From contig NW_026924382.1 in assembly GCF_032062105.1 (NCBI RefSeq), forward strand, positions 1 through 64,000: a stretch of DNA of 64,000 nt, given 5' to 3'. This document shows, one piece after another, positions 1 through 13,738 of the stretch. The notes under the pieces are model-generated. The model made no database searches. It saw only the letters and a program-made list of their open reading frames with translations, and had not been told where the DNA came from. Every line of letters starts with the position of its first letter. The first letter of the stretch is position 1. The translations under genes and the position numbers were made by a program. The stretch comes from Saccostrea cucullata (taxonomy: Eukaryota).

Positions 1-400
1 TGATATCAGATATTAAAATATAAGAATGATGGACAATGAAATCAGGTATTTTTCACAGGTATTTTTCAAGTTTTTGTGTCATATAAAAATTCTCAGAAGC
101 TAAAAAAATGTTGGGGATTACACCATCCATTCACCAGGTGACTGATAAAAAACACCTTGATAATCACCAAATGTATGCATCCAAACATTTAAATATTGAC
201 CGGAAAAGCTTGGGTTGGAAACTTCATACTTGCATGCATGAAGATGAAAATAATAAAATAAAAATTTGGGACAATTGTATAGAGGGCTCTGCAATTTTTA
301 CAAGCAGAATTTTTGGTGTTAAGAAATTTTATGCCACTCCCTATACTTTACACTAAATGCATCATATTTAGTGATAAAAGAAACATTTTATTACTTAAAG

Positions 401-807
401 GAGGACCTTCACTAAGTGTTGGGGGAGGGATATCTCCCAGTATCGGGGGAGGACCATCTCCAAGTATTGGGGAGGAATATCGCCCAGTATCGGGGGCGGA
501 CCATCTCTAAGTATCGATGAAGGAATATCTCCCAGTATCGGGGGCGGACCTTCTCTAAGTATCGATGATGGAATATCACCCAGTATTGGGGGCGGACCAT
601 CTCTAAGTATCGATGATGGAATATCTCCCAGTATCGGGGGAGGACCATCTCTAAGTATCGATGATGGGATATCACCCAGTATCGATGATGGAATATCGCC
701 CAGTATTGGTGGCGGACCATTTCCACTTATCGGGGGAGGACTATCTTCAAGTATCGGGGGAGGAACATCTGCCAGTATTGGGGGAGGATCAACTTCTAAT
801 GTCGGAG
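401..807 (+). repeat. 24-bp coding tandem repeat (SIGGGPSL / SIDDGISP), about 16 units
   Basis: Units such as agtatcgggggcggaccatctcta and agtatcgatgatggaatatctccc. Variation among like units is mostly at third codon positions. Flanked by ttaaag| and |gtgatt. Confidence 0.85.
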
Positions 808-3800
808 GTGATTCATTGAAAACACTTGTTACAACATGGTCGGGAACACATATATGCTTTGAAAATTATCATATTAAGTAGTTAAGAAAAGTGTCAAAAT
901 GCAAAAAAATGTTTCAAACAATTACAAAGAAAGCAACGTCGGACATTAATTCTTAATATTATGATTTAATATGGTTAAAACGATGGTCAGAAACAATATA
1001 ATAATTCAAAGATTTGAAAATTATTTTTTAAAAAAAGTAGTCCTTTGATTTCAAATTGACATTTGATTTTTGATTGTATGTACAATTGATTTAAAAAAGT
1101 CTGCAAGACATGGAAATTTCTAATCTTGAAAAAAGTCAATTTAATGACACAACGTCGAAACTGACAATTCTGTCAGCTGTTACAAAGTAAAGACGCTCGT
1201 AAATACTACCTTGTTTTGTATTTAATGATAATCAATTCTTAGGTCATATGCATTATAAAATCACGACAGACACGTCCAGCTAGAGCAATGTTTCGTTATA
1301 TTTTAAAAAATACTAAAGATTAAGCGATCATACCACGTGAAATGCTACATAGTATTCAACGGATCAATCGAGGTCAAATCAATAAAGCAATTTTGTTTTA
1401 AACCTGAATTTGGTTGTTTGATTCTTTAACATCCCTCCGATTATTTTTTTCTCTCATATTGAAAATCTTTCAACAGCTTCGAATGAGAGACGGTACTCGG
1501 CTCTGACGACCTATGAAAGGCGACACATGCAGGATCTTCGTTTATACACCCCTAATAATGTTATTGTGATTTAATTCAAGACACGTGGTTTAGGTTGATC
1601 TATTTAAGGGGTATGGGGTAAAACCGGTTTTATAAATAAAATTGGCAGTTAACATAATATTGCTATAGCCTGTTTCTTTTGAAAACTTGTCCTGTAATAA
1701 ATATTTCCAGACCTTTCTGAAAGACTTTCATGATTTTCAACAGAAAAAGGGTGGCTAAACGAGGGGGTGTTAAAATAACAATATATCTTATACTTTTCGG
1801 CGAAAAATTTGAGCTCACTATTGACCGATTCGTTGGTAAAAAATGTGTATTATCATCTGCACTGACAAACCTTTGTTTGCCTTAAATGGCTGTTGTTATA
1901 ATTGCGCACAGCAGATCTTACATGTACCACTAGCAACTGACCAATCTTTAAATGAATAGCAACGTTTACGCCAAATACATGTTTACATTTTACTTCGAAC
2001 ACGTAGTTCAGGTCAATCTAGGATCATGTCAATGGACTGCAAAATAAAAAAAATGTTCTTACGAACAAAATACAAAGAAAAGAAACTATGAAAGATGTTA
2101 CGGGCGTTTTTAATTTGGTGGTAACTGAGAAAAATGGTTTATAAAATGTAGTTTGTGTCTATTATAGTTCAGAACAGCAGCGCTTCAAGGGTAAGGAAAA
2201 CGAGCGGCATCTCTTATGCATTTAAATGGACAAAACTTTGTTTACGTTCGTGATCACGTGTTTTGGCCAGGGAATCCAGCTGACAATGGTATTCACCGAT
2301 AGTACGACAAAGGAATTAATACAGACGCAAATCGCTTTTGCAGTATGATTTTCAGAATCCTAGACTTCCTCCGTTTATTTAACAAATGAATTGTTTGTCA
2401 TTATGAGCATGAAAATAATACTTTTAAAAATGCTTTTCATTTACCATTCGATTTTCTTTTTTTTCAAGCGTAAAATTCCTGTAGTATTCGTAGTAGCCCA
2501 CAATGCAATAATCATTCAGCTGATTGGTCAGTTAAAATCATGCTGGTGTCTCGTTTGTTAATCTGACGCCAAAAATATAGTCCCTGTTCCCATGCAAAAA
2601 TATTTGTCCAAAAATAAATTTTAATTCATGACTGCAGAAAATTGTATTATAGAGAATACTTATTTAAGTTTGAACATGATGAATGTAAGAGAGATCGATT
2701 GATTGAAGTACATTTCTACCGACATTATTAGCTGATTCTAGGGTGATGAAAACTTAAACGCAACATAACTTTTCTGTTTACCATGCCTCCAAGTGCAAGT
2801 CACTTCCTAGCCACATTTCCGTGAATAATTTACCCTATCTGAAGTATCGCTAACTCTCGCCAGAGCCACTGCCAGAGCTTCTCTGAACTCATCGGGTTTT
2901 ATAATTTGCAGAACACCGAAAAATAAAAGGTTTCGAACACATTAGTAGGGGTGTTATAGATCTTTGCTGAAGGGCTGATCTCCATGCTTAGCGGTGGGAT
3001 TTAAACCCCGCAACTAAAATATAAAAGCTCTAACCATTTCGAACACGAGCAACTGCTTTTGTCAAGTTGAATATAAAAGCACAATTGACTGTCCATTTCT
3101 TTTTAATGATTTTTTGTAAATAGATAACAGAAATTTACAAAGGAATAGTTGCTAAGCATAAGATGGTTTCGTATGCAGACGATGTAAAAAGTATTATCCT
3201 AATTATCGATATATTTTTATTTGGTTTCTTTGATTGATTGTATATTGTTTAAAGTTCCTTTCAAGAATTTTTCACTCATATGTAGACGCCACCACTTGCC
3301 AATGGAGAGCTACAAATGTTGTCCTATGCTCGGCACTAAGGGTCATTGAGCAGTTAGGGATCTTTTTCGTGCCATCACCTACTGTGACACGGTCTCATCC
3401 GAAAAACCAGACTCCACGTCGCAAAGATTCGAACCCGCGACGTAAAGATAAACTCCTTATTTTGCGACTCTAGAGCAGACGCTCCACACGAGTGACTGGT
3501 TTTCTTAGAGGAGATCAAATTAATTTCATATTTCGATCATTTTGCCTCGTTAATTCTTAGGATGTCTCAAACATTAAAAAGCAATGTTGCTGTGATAGAG
3601 TACGATTGATTGGATTACAAATATATCATATTGTTGACTGCGATCATTTACATGTGAGAAAAAAGAGTGAACGAGCAGCGACTGTCTTTTATCATAACAG
3701 ATGTGATTATTCATTATTCGGGTCTTAATAAATATTCTTTGAAATAACAAAGTGAATGAAACACACATCTGTACATGTTTAAAGAATACAAATTAAAAAT

Positions 3801-4595
3801 TGTCGGTGATTTAAATTTTGGAAAAGTAACATTTTTCAAAGTTTCGTTTAACGTTTTCTTATGAGTTTTTGTCCACTTATTTTTTGGTTTGTCATTTTTT
3901 TATGCAGGCGATGATATCAGCATTTCGCAACTTTCCATTACAGGTAAACTTAGCTTAATCCACCCACATATCAATATACATGTATCAATATTTCCAAATT
4001 AAATGTACTTTGCATCTTTTCTAGATTATTTTTATTCTGAGTGTGATAAGTACATTGTAGAGAAATCAGATGTTACAGTTTTTATTTGAAAAAAAAGTAC
4101 ATGACAAAAAGAAGCGTATTACTTATTTCAAACCATGAAAAAAAGATGAGAAGAAACGACATAAGGTTCTTAAAGTTACACGTAAACTATTCCAGACAAA
4201 AATGGCTTTCAACTTTTCAATGCATATTTTTTTTTCAGAGAATGATATAATTGGTAAGTATCTTAATTTTACTTTACTAAAACTAGGCGAGGAGTAAAGA
4301 AATTGTCATAAAAACAAAAATCTGATTAGAAGACAATCTGTACATTTAGTCGAATCTCGATGAATAATCATATACATAAAAATGAAATCAACTTTAAAAA
4401 TTTTGTAGCATACTATTATCTTGCTTGTGGGTTTGACAAATATATTTGCCTATGGCAAAGTGCAGACGGCTGGGTAAATGTTGATGTCATTGGTGGTTCA
4501 ATAGATGTTCCAGTTCCAAAGGGTAGGTGTATGTCAGTATTACTTTTCGTGGGGTTAAATATTTGGTTTCTTCGTAGTTTTATGATACCAACAAG

Positions 4596-4639
<44 letters not shown>

Positions 4640-7600
4640 AAAATAAAATGAATATAGTTACATTATAGTGTTAACTACCAACTAAAATATAATACCTTCG
4701 CATCAGTATTTTCCCATTAAACCCAGAGATTCTGATTCCAAAATGATGAGTGGATTTACCTTAAACAAAATTAATTAAAGATATTATTGAACTTATCATT
4801 TTTTTTTAAAGTTTAAAATGAAAGTTCTGGTGGGCATTAAAATAACCCTGATGCTTCAAAGAAGGTACATACATACATGTACAAACTGTGTAAAGTGCAC
4901 GTTGATATCAGGAAATAAACGGACATAAACTGATTAACATAGGAGATTTTTTCTTTTTGAAATTCAAAAAGGGGTAACTAAGTCATTGTATTAATTTTAA
5001 GGGTTATTTTCGATTTATAAACATTAAACCACGGGCTGAATTATACCTTATTGCAAATATAAGTTCTCGGCTTCTTATTTCGGTATCATAAGTGGAGAAA
5101 GAAGTGCTAAAACGTTTATTAATTAATAAATGAAAATGAGATAATTAAACGAAAATAAGATAAACTTGGGAAAATGTCATAAAATAACCTGTTTTATTAA
5201 AATTTTAAAGATGTTTGCATTCCATGAAATAAATTGCATGTTTGTCTAAGTAATGCATAAATAGCATGTATGCCTAAGACAAAAAGTGTTTAATAGTAAT
5301 TTGAGGTGAAAATAGTGATATGTATAATTATGTTCCTTTAAAATAAATCTTGTCAAAATTTTTATGTATTTGAAATAACAATTAGCTATGGTCAAATCAA
5401 TTCGGTTCATGACGTTATAAGAGATTTATTACAATATAGAGCCTGGCATATTTCTGCCTTTGGGAATAACTACGTATACAGTCGTATATGTACAAATTTT
5501 CATTTTAAAATTCTACTATTGTTATTATTATTTAAGGAAAGGTTCTAACATATGATTCAAGCCAATCAATTTTTGAGATGCCTGTTTTAACATCTCCGAT
5601 CATTAACAACACGGAAGGCTCCTACTGTTTCCTAATGCAATATCGAGCGCATGAGGACACCTCGCTTAATATATATCTCACAATTGGAAACAACTACAAA
5701 GAATTATGGAATAACCCTATTAAGGACCTGAAATGGCAGCTTCTCCGAGTGGATTTAGAAAACATATCAGGAAATTTCCAAGTGAGTACTTTGCTTCAAT
5801 TTTTTTCTGATTTTTTTTATATTTGATATAACATGATTGAATCGTGTGCATGATAGCTTTAAAACCCTAAGAAATATTGAATTTAAAGGAATTGATAAAA
5901 AGAAAAAAATTAGGCAATTAAATTGGGCCTTTTTGGCCTCACAAATATTAACCAAATTTAATTTTTTGTTTTGAAACAAAGAAGTTGTCTTCCATTTTCG
6001 AAAACAGCAATGACCCACAGGTAAGTCTTCATTAGCGAGACAAAATACATTAACTCTATGAAAATCTTCTTCTCTGCACCTTGGTATTTAACAAACTAAG
6101 TGCATAGGTATGATAAACAAGAGTGTCTCTTTCAAAATTGTGATTTTCATGACCCCAGGGTCAGGGGTTCTTGTTTTAGGGAGGGGCTCTAAAGATTAGA
6201 CAGTGAAAATACATTAATTCTTTAAATAAATTACTTCTCTGCTCCTGGGTGTTTAATAAACTAACCAATGAGTCATATTAAACAAGCTGCCTCTTCCAAA
6301 TTGTGAATTTCATGACCCCATGGTCAGGGGTCCTGGTGTTAGGGTGAGGCTCTATTGAATTATATGGTGAAAATGCATAAATTCTTTAAAACTCTTCTTC
6401 TCTGCTCCTGGGAATTACACCAATGAATTTTGCACATAGTTATGACGAGGAAGTATTTCTTTTCCAAAATTGTGAATTTCAAGGCCCCTGGGTCAGGGGT
6501 TCTGGTGTTAGGGTGGGGCTCTAATGATTATACACTGACGCAAACTTCTAAGTTTTCACCTAACATTTTTTTGAAGTTTGGAAGAACAAATGCCTACAAT
6601 TAATAATTTCTTATTTTTTCGAGGTTAATGATGCATATTTCAGATCAATGTTGCGTCAATTTCATGTAAGTATCTCGTCAGAATTTTAAGCAAAGTGTCA
6701 AGGACATGATTTATCTTCAAAATGAAAATCACATAAATAATCTCTTTGGAGTAAGACCACCACTCGCTCCAATTAATGCAAGACAACCTTTACTCATGGG
6801 TACAATATACCCTTGAATAGGACATTGGTTTATTTGCTGTCATACATACTGCATGGATCTTTCTAAACCGTGAAAGTGTGTGGAGCGAGCTCGATGGGGG
6901 GGGGGGGGGTGTTGACATTCCTTATAAAAATCCCAAATATGTTCAATGCGTTACATATTCGGGAATTGGCAGTGCATCATCACACAGATGCCTTTTGGAC
7001 AATACCCTTGGGCGCTTAGCACGTAAGTGTACCGCTTAATGGATAATAATATTCAGACTGTTTGAGATGTTATTGAACTGCCTTGAGAACCAATTTCTTG
7101 TCATGTTCATACAATTGAAAGTTGTTTGCTTTAATGTTTCTAAAATTGTTTCAGACCAATGTAACAATCTTTTAACCTGGTTGTGACGCAAAACCTTCGC
7201 CTCAGACAATGATCCAGATTACTTTGTTAAATTTCATCCAAAGCTTTCAAATTATAATAAGATGGTGATGAAAAGTACGCAAAATTGATAGAAAAACGTG
7301 TTAAAATGGTTTTTATACTGGTTTTTAATTTGAAAAAGTAATATCAAGGACAAATAAACACGGAAATAAATGTGAGTAAAACGTGGTGCAAATCTGCTCT
7401 TTTTTGTATTAATCAACCATTTATGATGAAATAAAATTTATGATAAAATTTCCAAAATTTTGAAACGTGTGGCCCCAGGATCAGTTGTTCCTGTGGGATG
7501 GGGTCACAACTGTTAATAAATTGGAAATGTTTTTTTTTTTTTGTTACTCAGATCTACATGTACCTCTGAGTATTAAGTAACCATGCTAAGTGTATAATCA

Positions 7601-10600
7601 TGATAAGCAATGGTGCCCCTCTTTCAAAACTGTGAATTGCATGGCCTCTGCTTTAAAAAACAAACCAAATGCAATTGTTTTTAAATGATATTCAAGTGAC
7701 CTATAAGGCCCGTGGGCCTCTTGACAAAATCTACCTTTATGTGAAGAAGAAAATTGTACCCAAATGGGCTCATATGTTGTGTTTAAAATATTGTAAAATC
7801 TAGCTGGCCTTCCCCATTATGAACAGAACAAGGAAGGTATTCTGTTGGACGACTTTCTAACCGACCTTTCAGGTGAAATGCATTAAAAGTGAGAACTACA
7901 AAAATATTAGGAAAATTTAATACTAGTACCTAAAAGGGGGCTTTCTTCTCCTTAATTACTTTCCGAAAGACAATTTGATATGTATTTTAACCTCAGATTA
8001 AAAGCGAATCTTCAATTTTTTTGCTCACAATGACAAACATTTGATTTATTTTATAATTGACTTCATTTGTTTTGCTCACATAAATGTGAAGCATTTCTTT
8101 ATTTTCAACAGAAAAAATGACAAACATTTGATTTATTTTATAATTGACGGTTTTGTAAGTTGATAAATAGACAAATGTCTACATGTATTTCCGAACATCT
8201 GTGAATACAAATTTCATGCAAAACTGAGGTTTCATGCGTATTGTCATGCATAAAAAGGCTTTTGTGATCATTTTAAGTTTGAAATGTAGTGGCAATAATG
8301 TTAAATTGACCATCTAAATCACGTGTTTTTGATACATTATACATTTCTTAGAATAAACCATCATACTTTGTTATTTAGTCAACTGATTGGACGATTGTTC
8401 TCTGTAAGCCACAATGCGAAATGATACCATTAGCCATGTAATGATGATTCCTCAGACATGCACATTCCTCTAAGACCCGCCTATTCTATTCATTTTTGTC
8501 CTTAAAAGAACATACGGTAACAAACAAGGGCAAATTTTGATTTCATAGGGTCTAAAAATTCATGGATAATGAAGTATTCTTCAAAATCCAATTGGAACTA
8601 TCCATATTACACAGAAGGTGTCATTTTTCTTCCTTCTCTGTTAAAAATAACCAGAATAATTTCATTGTAGATTTTATATAATTCATCGTAGAATATTGGT
8701 TTGCCTCCTGATCCTTTGCTAATCTAGATCATGTTACTTCATGTGACACGTCTAAATAAACAATCGAAATGTCCTGAATATGTAGATTTGATCCACATTA
8801 CATTTGTCTGAAGCCGTAAAGTCCTAAAAAGAATTACCCATCAATGATTTTTTCTTTCATCTGAAATATCCATTTGTCATTAAAACTGTACTAAGCAGTG
8901 TTTTGAAAACTCATCTTGTTAGGTCACCTGAGTAACTCAGGAGACCTATGTGTGTGTCGTGTGTTAACATTTGAACATTTTCAGCTTCTTCTCTGAAACC
9001 ACTAAACCAATTTCAAGCAAATTTGGTATACAGCATCTATGGGTGAAGGGGAACAAAAATTGTGAATTTCATGGTCCCCACCCCCCTGGGGATTGGGGCC
9101 AAAACCACTAAAATTATTGCAATCTTTAAAAATCTTCTTCTTTACTCCTGGACATCAAGCAGGCAAACTGTTAGCATTAATGTAATGATCATTGAGTCCT
9201 CTACCAAAATTGTGAAATTCATGGCCCCAGGGTCAGGGGTTCTAGTGCTAGGGCGGGGCTATATAGATTATATAGTGAAAATGCATTATTTCTTCGAAAA
9301 TCTTCTTCTCTGCTTCTGGGTATTAAATAAACTAACTAAGTACATAGTTATGATGAGCAAGAGTGCCTATTCCAGATTTGTGAATTTTATGGCCCCAGGG
9401 TCAGGGGTTCTGGTGTTAGGGCGGGGCTCTATAGATTATATAGTGAAAATGCATTTATTCTTTGAAAATCTTTTCTCTGCTTCTGAGTATTAAATAAATA
9501 ACTAAGAATGATATCCATTTTATGGTCTATAGATTATATAGTGAAAATGCATTTAAAATCTTCTTCTCTGCTTCTGGGTATTAAATAAACAAACTAAGTA
9601 CATAGTTATGATGAGCAAGAGTGCCTCTTCCAGAACAGGGTCATCTCTATAGACTATATAGTTAAAATGTATTCTTTGAAAATCTTCTTCTCTGCTTCTG
9701 GGTATTAAATAAACTAACTAAGTACATAGTTATGATGAGCAAGAGTGCCTCTACCAAAATTGTGAATTTTATGGCCCCAGGGTCAGGGGTTCTGGTGTTA
9801 GGGCGGGGCTTATAGATTATATGTGAAAATGCATTTATTCTTTGAAAATCTTCTTCTCTGCTTCTGGGTATTAAATAAACTAATAGTGCATAGTTATGAT
9901 ATCTTCTTCCAGATTTGTGAAATGGCCCCAGGGTCAGGGGTTTCTGGTGTTAGGGCGGGGCTCTATAGATTATATAGTGAAAATGCATTTATTCTTTGAA
10001 AATCTTCTTTTGACTTATTACATAAACAAACTAAGTACATAGTTATGAACAAAAGTGCCTCTTCCAGATTTGTGAATTTTTTGGCCCCAGGGTCAGGGGT
10101 TCTGGTGTTAGGGCGGGGCTCTATGGATTATATAGTGAGAATGCATTTATTTGAAAATCTTCTTCTCTGCTTCTGTGTATTAAATAAACTAACTAAGCAC
10201 ATAGTTATGATGAGCAAGAGCCTTTTCCAAAATTGTGAATTTTATGCCAATTATCCAAGTATACATATTTATGATGAAGAAAGGTGCATCTAGCAAAATT
10301 GTTATTTTTATGCCCTAAAGGGGGGGGGGGGTTACCTGAAAATAAATATGCTTTGAAACCTGCTCTTTGGTATTAATCAACCATTTTATGATAAAATTTG
10401 CAAAATTTTGAAATATGTGGCCCCAGGTTCAGTGGTTCTTTTCGGGTGAGCTGCACAATTGGTTATAAAGTGGAAGAACATTTTCTCTTTTTCTGATCTA
10501 CCTCTAGGTATTGATAACATTAATAAGCAATGGTGCTTCTTTCAAAATTGTGAATTGTGAATTTCATGGCCTCTGGTTTAAAACACGAACCAAATTTAAT

Positions 10601-11034
10601 TGTTTGAAAGTTGTTACACAATACTCAGGTGACCTATAAGGCCCGTGGGCCTCTTGTATTAAGAAGGTATCCAAGTATTGCAATTAATTGTGAATACATA
10701 TACTTTATCTCTTCAAATCATTTGACTTACAGATGTTCATAACAAGCGTCCCTAAACGTCAGAATGTGTCAGTCAGTATAGATTACACAGATCTACGATC
10801 TGGTCCATGCAATCCTTCCATGATTGTAGAAGAAGTCCTGGATGTTATTGGTAAGCTACTTTTTTTCACAAATAACATATATCCATTCGTTTTCGAAATA
10901 TTGTTCTACTACCTTTGATAGCACACTAAAACGAAATATAAAATGTTTGTGTTTAATGTTATAAAATGTTAATTTGCAAATTAATGGTTCTATTTATTGT
11001 TTCTTAAATAGAAAATGGGTCCAAAGCTGCCTAA
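401..11034 (+). CDS. MAM-domain protein with upstream Ser/Gly/Asp/Pro-rich octapeptide repeats (5' end outside window, partial model)
   Basis: GT-AG exons in consistent phase: 401-807 (repeat exon with one apparent 1-bp deletion near 470), 3908-3943, 4239-4253, 4409-4522 (LACGFDKYICLW..GW, MAM N-terminus), 5537-5781 (PVLTSP..YCFLMQY..LW..WQLLRVDL..FQ), 10733-10850 (VSIDYTDLRSGPC, MAM C-terminus), 11012-11034 (ENGSKAA*). Confidence 0.75.
3240..3500 (-). mobile_element. Degenerate tRNA-derived SINE copy
   Basis: B-box reverse complement (gattcgaacccgcg) at about 3427. Body is similar to the plus-strand copy at 11895-12120. Confidence 0.55.
6050..7725 (+). mobile_element. Truncated HINE (non-autonomous Helentron) with ~170-bp satellite units, interrupted by another insertion (~6531-7380)
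   Basis: Repeats of ggtcaggggttctggtgttaggg. The 3' end gtgacctataaggcccgtgggcctcttg is shared with the 8918-10657 copy. Confidence 0.6.
8918..10657 (+). mobile_element. HINE/CvA-like non-autonomous Helentron with internal ~170-bp tandem satellite array
   Basis: 5' aggtcacctgagtaactcaggagacct hairpin, matching 3' actcaggtgacct subterminal inverted repeat, 3' hairpin aggcccgtgggcct, and about 7 satellite monomers. Confidence 0.8.
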
Positions 11035-11894
11035 GACACGGAAAGTAACTTATGGTACAGTTAAATTATATTTATGCTTTCTCTTTTCCCATGCTATGAA
11101 AATGACAAAGCACATAATTATGTATATTGAAGTATTTTATTGATAAAAAAGTAAAATTCAACGAGCTCGACAAAATAGGACTGGAATTATAGGGAAAGCT
11201 GAATTAATCTTATACGTTAACAATAGTTATATAGTTTTGGTTTGGTACGCAATAGCATGTCCTGAACAATTTGTAATAGATGAAGGAAATATATCGAATT
11301 GACACTTGAACTTGCATAAATTTTGCATTAAAAGATATTTAGCAATAATCAACGTCAGGGTGTCTCATTAAAATTAGTTTCTTTTCCCTTTCAGGTGAAC
11401 CTTATTTTAAAAAGGGATATTGTGAAACTTCATGACATCGACAGATTTTTTCAACCATTTGGTCTTTGTTGTAATATGTGATTCGAGATGTATATTTATA
11501 GCGTCTCTGTACTGACACTGTGACATATCTTTCCCAAGGAGATGGATCAATATGAATTTTTTTTTTTTACATATTCTTAATTTACATGTACATGTAATCT
11601 AATCCCCATCGTGTTTAAATACTGTATAACCACTTTTTAAGAGGACAATTTTCGTGTTTTGCAAAACAAAATGTTCAAAGAGATTTAATTGCATAAGTGG
11701 GTGTAAGCTTTTATACTGTTGTATAGAATTTTCAAACAGTTCGTTTGGTACATGAACTCTTTGGTGTCTTCAAGAAATGACGAAAATTACCTCTTAGATA
11801 GTAAGTAATATTACTGAAGGTTGTTGAAGACTGGCCTTTATTTGACTTAATTAGTTTTCCGAAAAATTTATCGGAAACTTACATATAACAATTC

Positions 11895-12120
11895 TCTAGA
11901 GTCGCAGAGTAAGGCGTTTATCCTTATGATGTGGGTTCGAATCTCTCTGTGGGGCGTGTAGACCATATGAACCGAGATCACATGCCGCACTAGATGCTGG
12001 AAGGAAAAAGATTCTTCGCTTCTCAATTCCCGGAGTGTTGAGTATAGGTTAAAATTTGCAGCTCTCCACGGGCAAGGGTGTTGCTATCTCAATATGAGTG
12101 AAACATTCTCGACAGGGAAC
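11895..12120 (+). mobile_element. Degenerate tRNA-derived SINE copy
   Basis: gggttcgaatc B box and 3' tail atatgagtgaaacattctcg. Reverse-complement similarity to 3240-3500. Confidence 0.55.
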
Positions 12121-12338
12121 ATATGATATTTAAAAACAAGTTTTTTAATTGAATGCTCAGAAAGATAATCCTACGGTGAGGAAAAGCAAAGGGGAATCGA
12201 AGCATTCTATGGAAACAGAAGCAACATTAAAAAAAAAATTTAATGGTATATAATTTTGATTTTAAAAAAATAATTTATTATTTTTTTTTTGGTGAAAAAC
12301 CATGAGTTAAGTAGAACTTGTGATTTTGTTTTGTTTTG

Positions 12339-12341
<3 letters not shown>

Positions 12342-12384
<43 letters not shown>

Positions 12385-13738
12385 CATTTTGTCCGTCGTC
12401 CGTCCGTCCGTCCGTCTGTCTGTCTGTCCGTCCGTCCGTCTGTAAACTTTTCACATTTTCGACTTCTTCTCAAGAACCAGTGGGCCAAAAAATACAAAGC
12501 ATCCTTAAAGGGAAGTTTAAATTGTTAAAATGAAGGGCCAAGTCCCCTTACAAGGGGAGATAATCAAGAAAAGATAAAAATAGGGTCGGGTCACTAAAAA
12601 ATCTTCTTCTCAAGAACCACTGGGCCAGGGAAGCTGAAACTTATGTGGAAGCATCCTGGGGTAGTGTAGATATTAAATTGTAAAAATCATGACCCCCGGG
12701 GGTAGGGCGCGGCCACAATAGGGAATCCAAGTTTTACATAGAAATATATAGAACAAAGCTTTAAAAATCTTCTTCTCAAGAACCACTGTGCCAGGAAAGC
12801 TGAAACTTATATTTTTTTTAGATACTAAATTGTTAAAATTTTGACCCCTGGGGGTAGGGTGGGGTCGCAATAGGGAATCCAAGTTTTATATAGAAATATA
12901 CTGGAAAAATCTTCTTCTCAAGCACCAGTGGGCCAGGAAAGCTGAAACTTATGTGGAAGCATCCTTGGGTAGTGTAGATATTAAATTGTTAATATCATGA
13001 CCACCGGGGGTAGGGCATGGCTACGATAGGGAATCCAAGTTTTACATAGAAATCAAATCTTTAAAAATCTTCTTCTCAAGAACCACTGGGCCTCAAAAGC
13101 TGAAACTTATATGGAAGCATCCTTGGGTAGTGTAGATATTAAATTGTTAAAATCATGACCCCCAGGGGTAGGGTGGGGCCACAATAGGGAATCCAAGTTT
13201 TACATAGAATTATATAGAACAAATCTTGAAAAATCTTCCTCTCAAGAACCACTGAAGGAATGCTGAAACTTATGTGGAAGCATTTAGTGTAGATATTAAA
13301 TTGTTTTGACCCCCAGGGGTAGGGCAGGCCACAATAGGGAATCCAAGTTTTACATAGAAATATATATAGAACAAATCTTTAAAAATCTTCTTCTCAAGAA
13401 CCACTGGGCCAGGAAAGCTGATACTTATATGGAAGCATTCTTTGGTAGTGTAGATATTAAATTGTAAAAATCATGACCCCTGGGGGTAGGGCGCGGCCAC
13501 AATAGGGAATTCCAAGTTTTACATAGAAAAATATAGAACAAATCTTTAAAAACCTTCTTCTCAAGAACCACAGGGCCAGGAAAGCTGCAACTTACGTGGA
13601 AGCATCCTTGGGTAGTGTAGAGTCTAAAGTTTTAAAATAATAAAGGGAAGGGGGTTGTTGGGCATGATAGGTATAGCAAGTAAAGAACTGCATCACCTAA
13701 GGTACTCAGGTGAACGATGTGGCCCATGGGCCTCTTGT
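12342..13738 (+). mobile_element. Complete HINE (CvA/Cg170-type) with GTCC/GTCT microsatellite and ~165-bp satellite array
   Basis: 5' ttagctcacctgagccgaaggctcaagtgagct, (gtcc)n at 12391-12440, about 6 monomers, 3' ctcaggtgaac plus hairpin ggcccatgggcc, T-rich flanks without TSD. Confidence 0.88.

Noticed and set aside
412-726. Minus-strand 104-aa repetitive ORF
   Set aside because: Antisense shadow of the plus-strand repeat exon; splice sites and synonymous variation support the plus strand.
9062-10293. ORFs of 143 and 82 aa with repeated MAPGSGVLVLGRG
   Set aside because: Translations of HINE satellite monomers with frequent indels.
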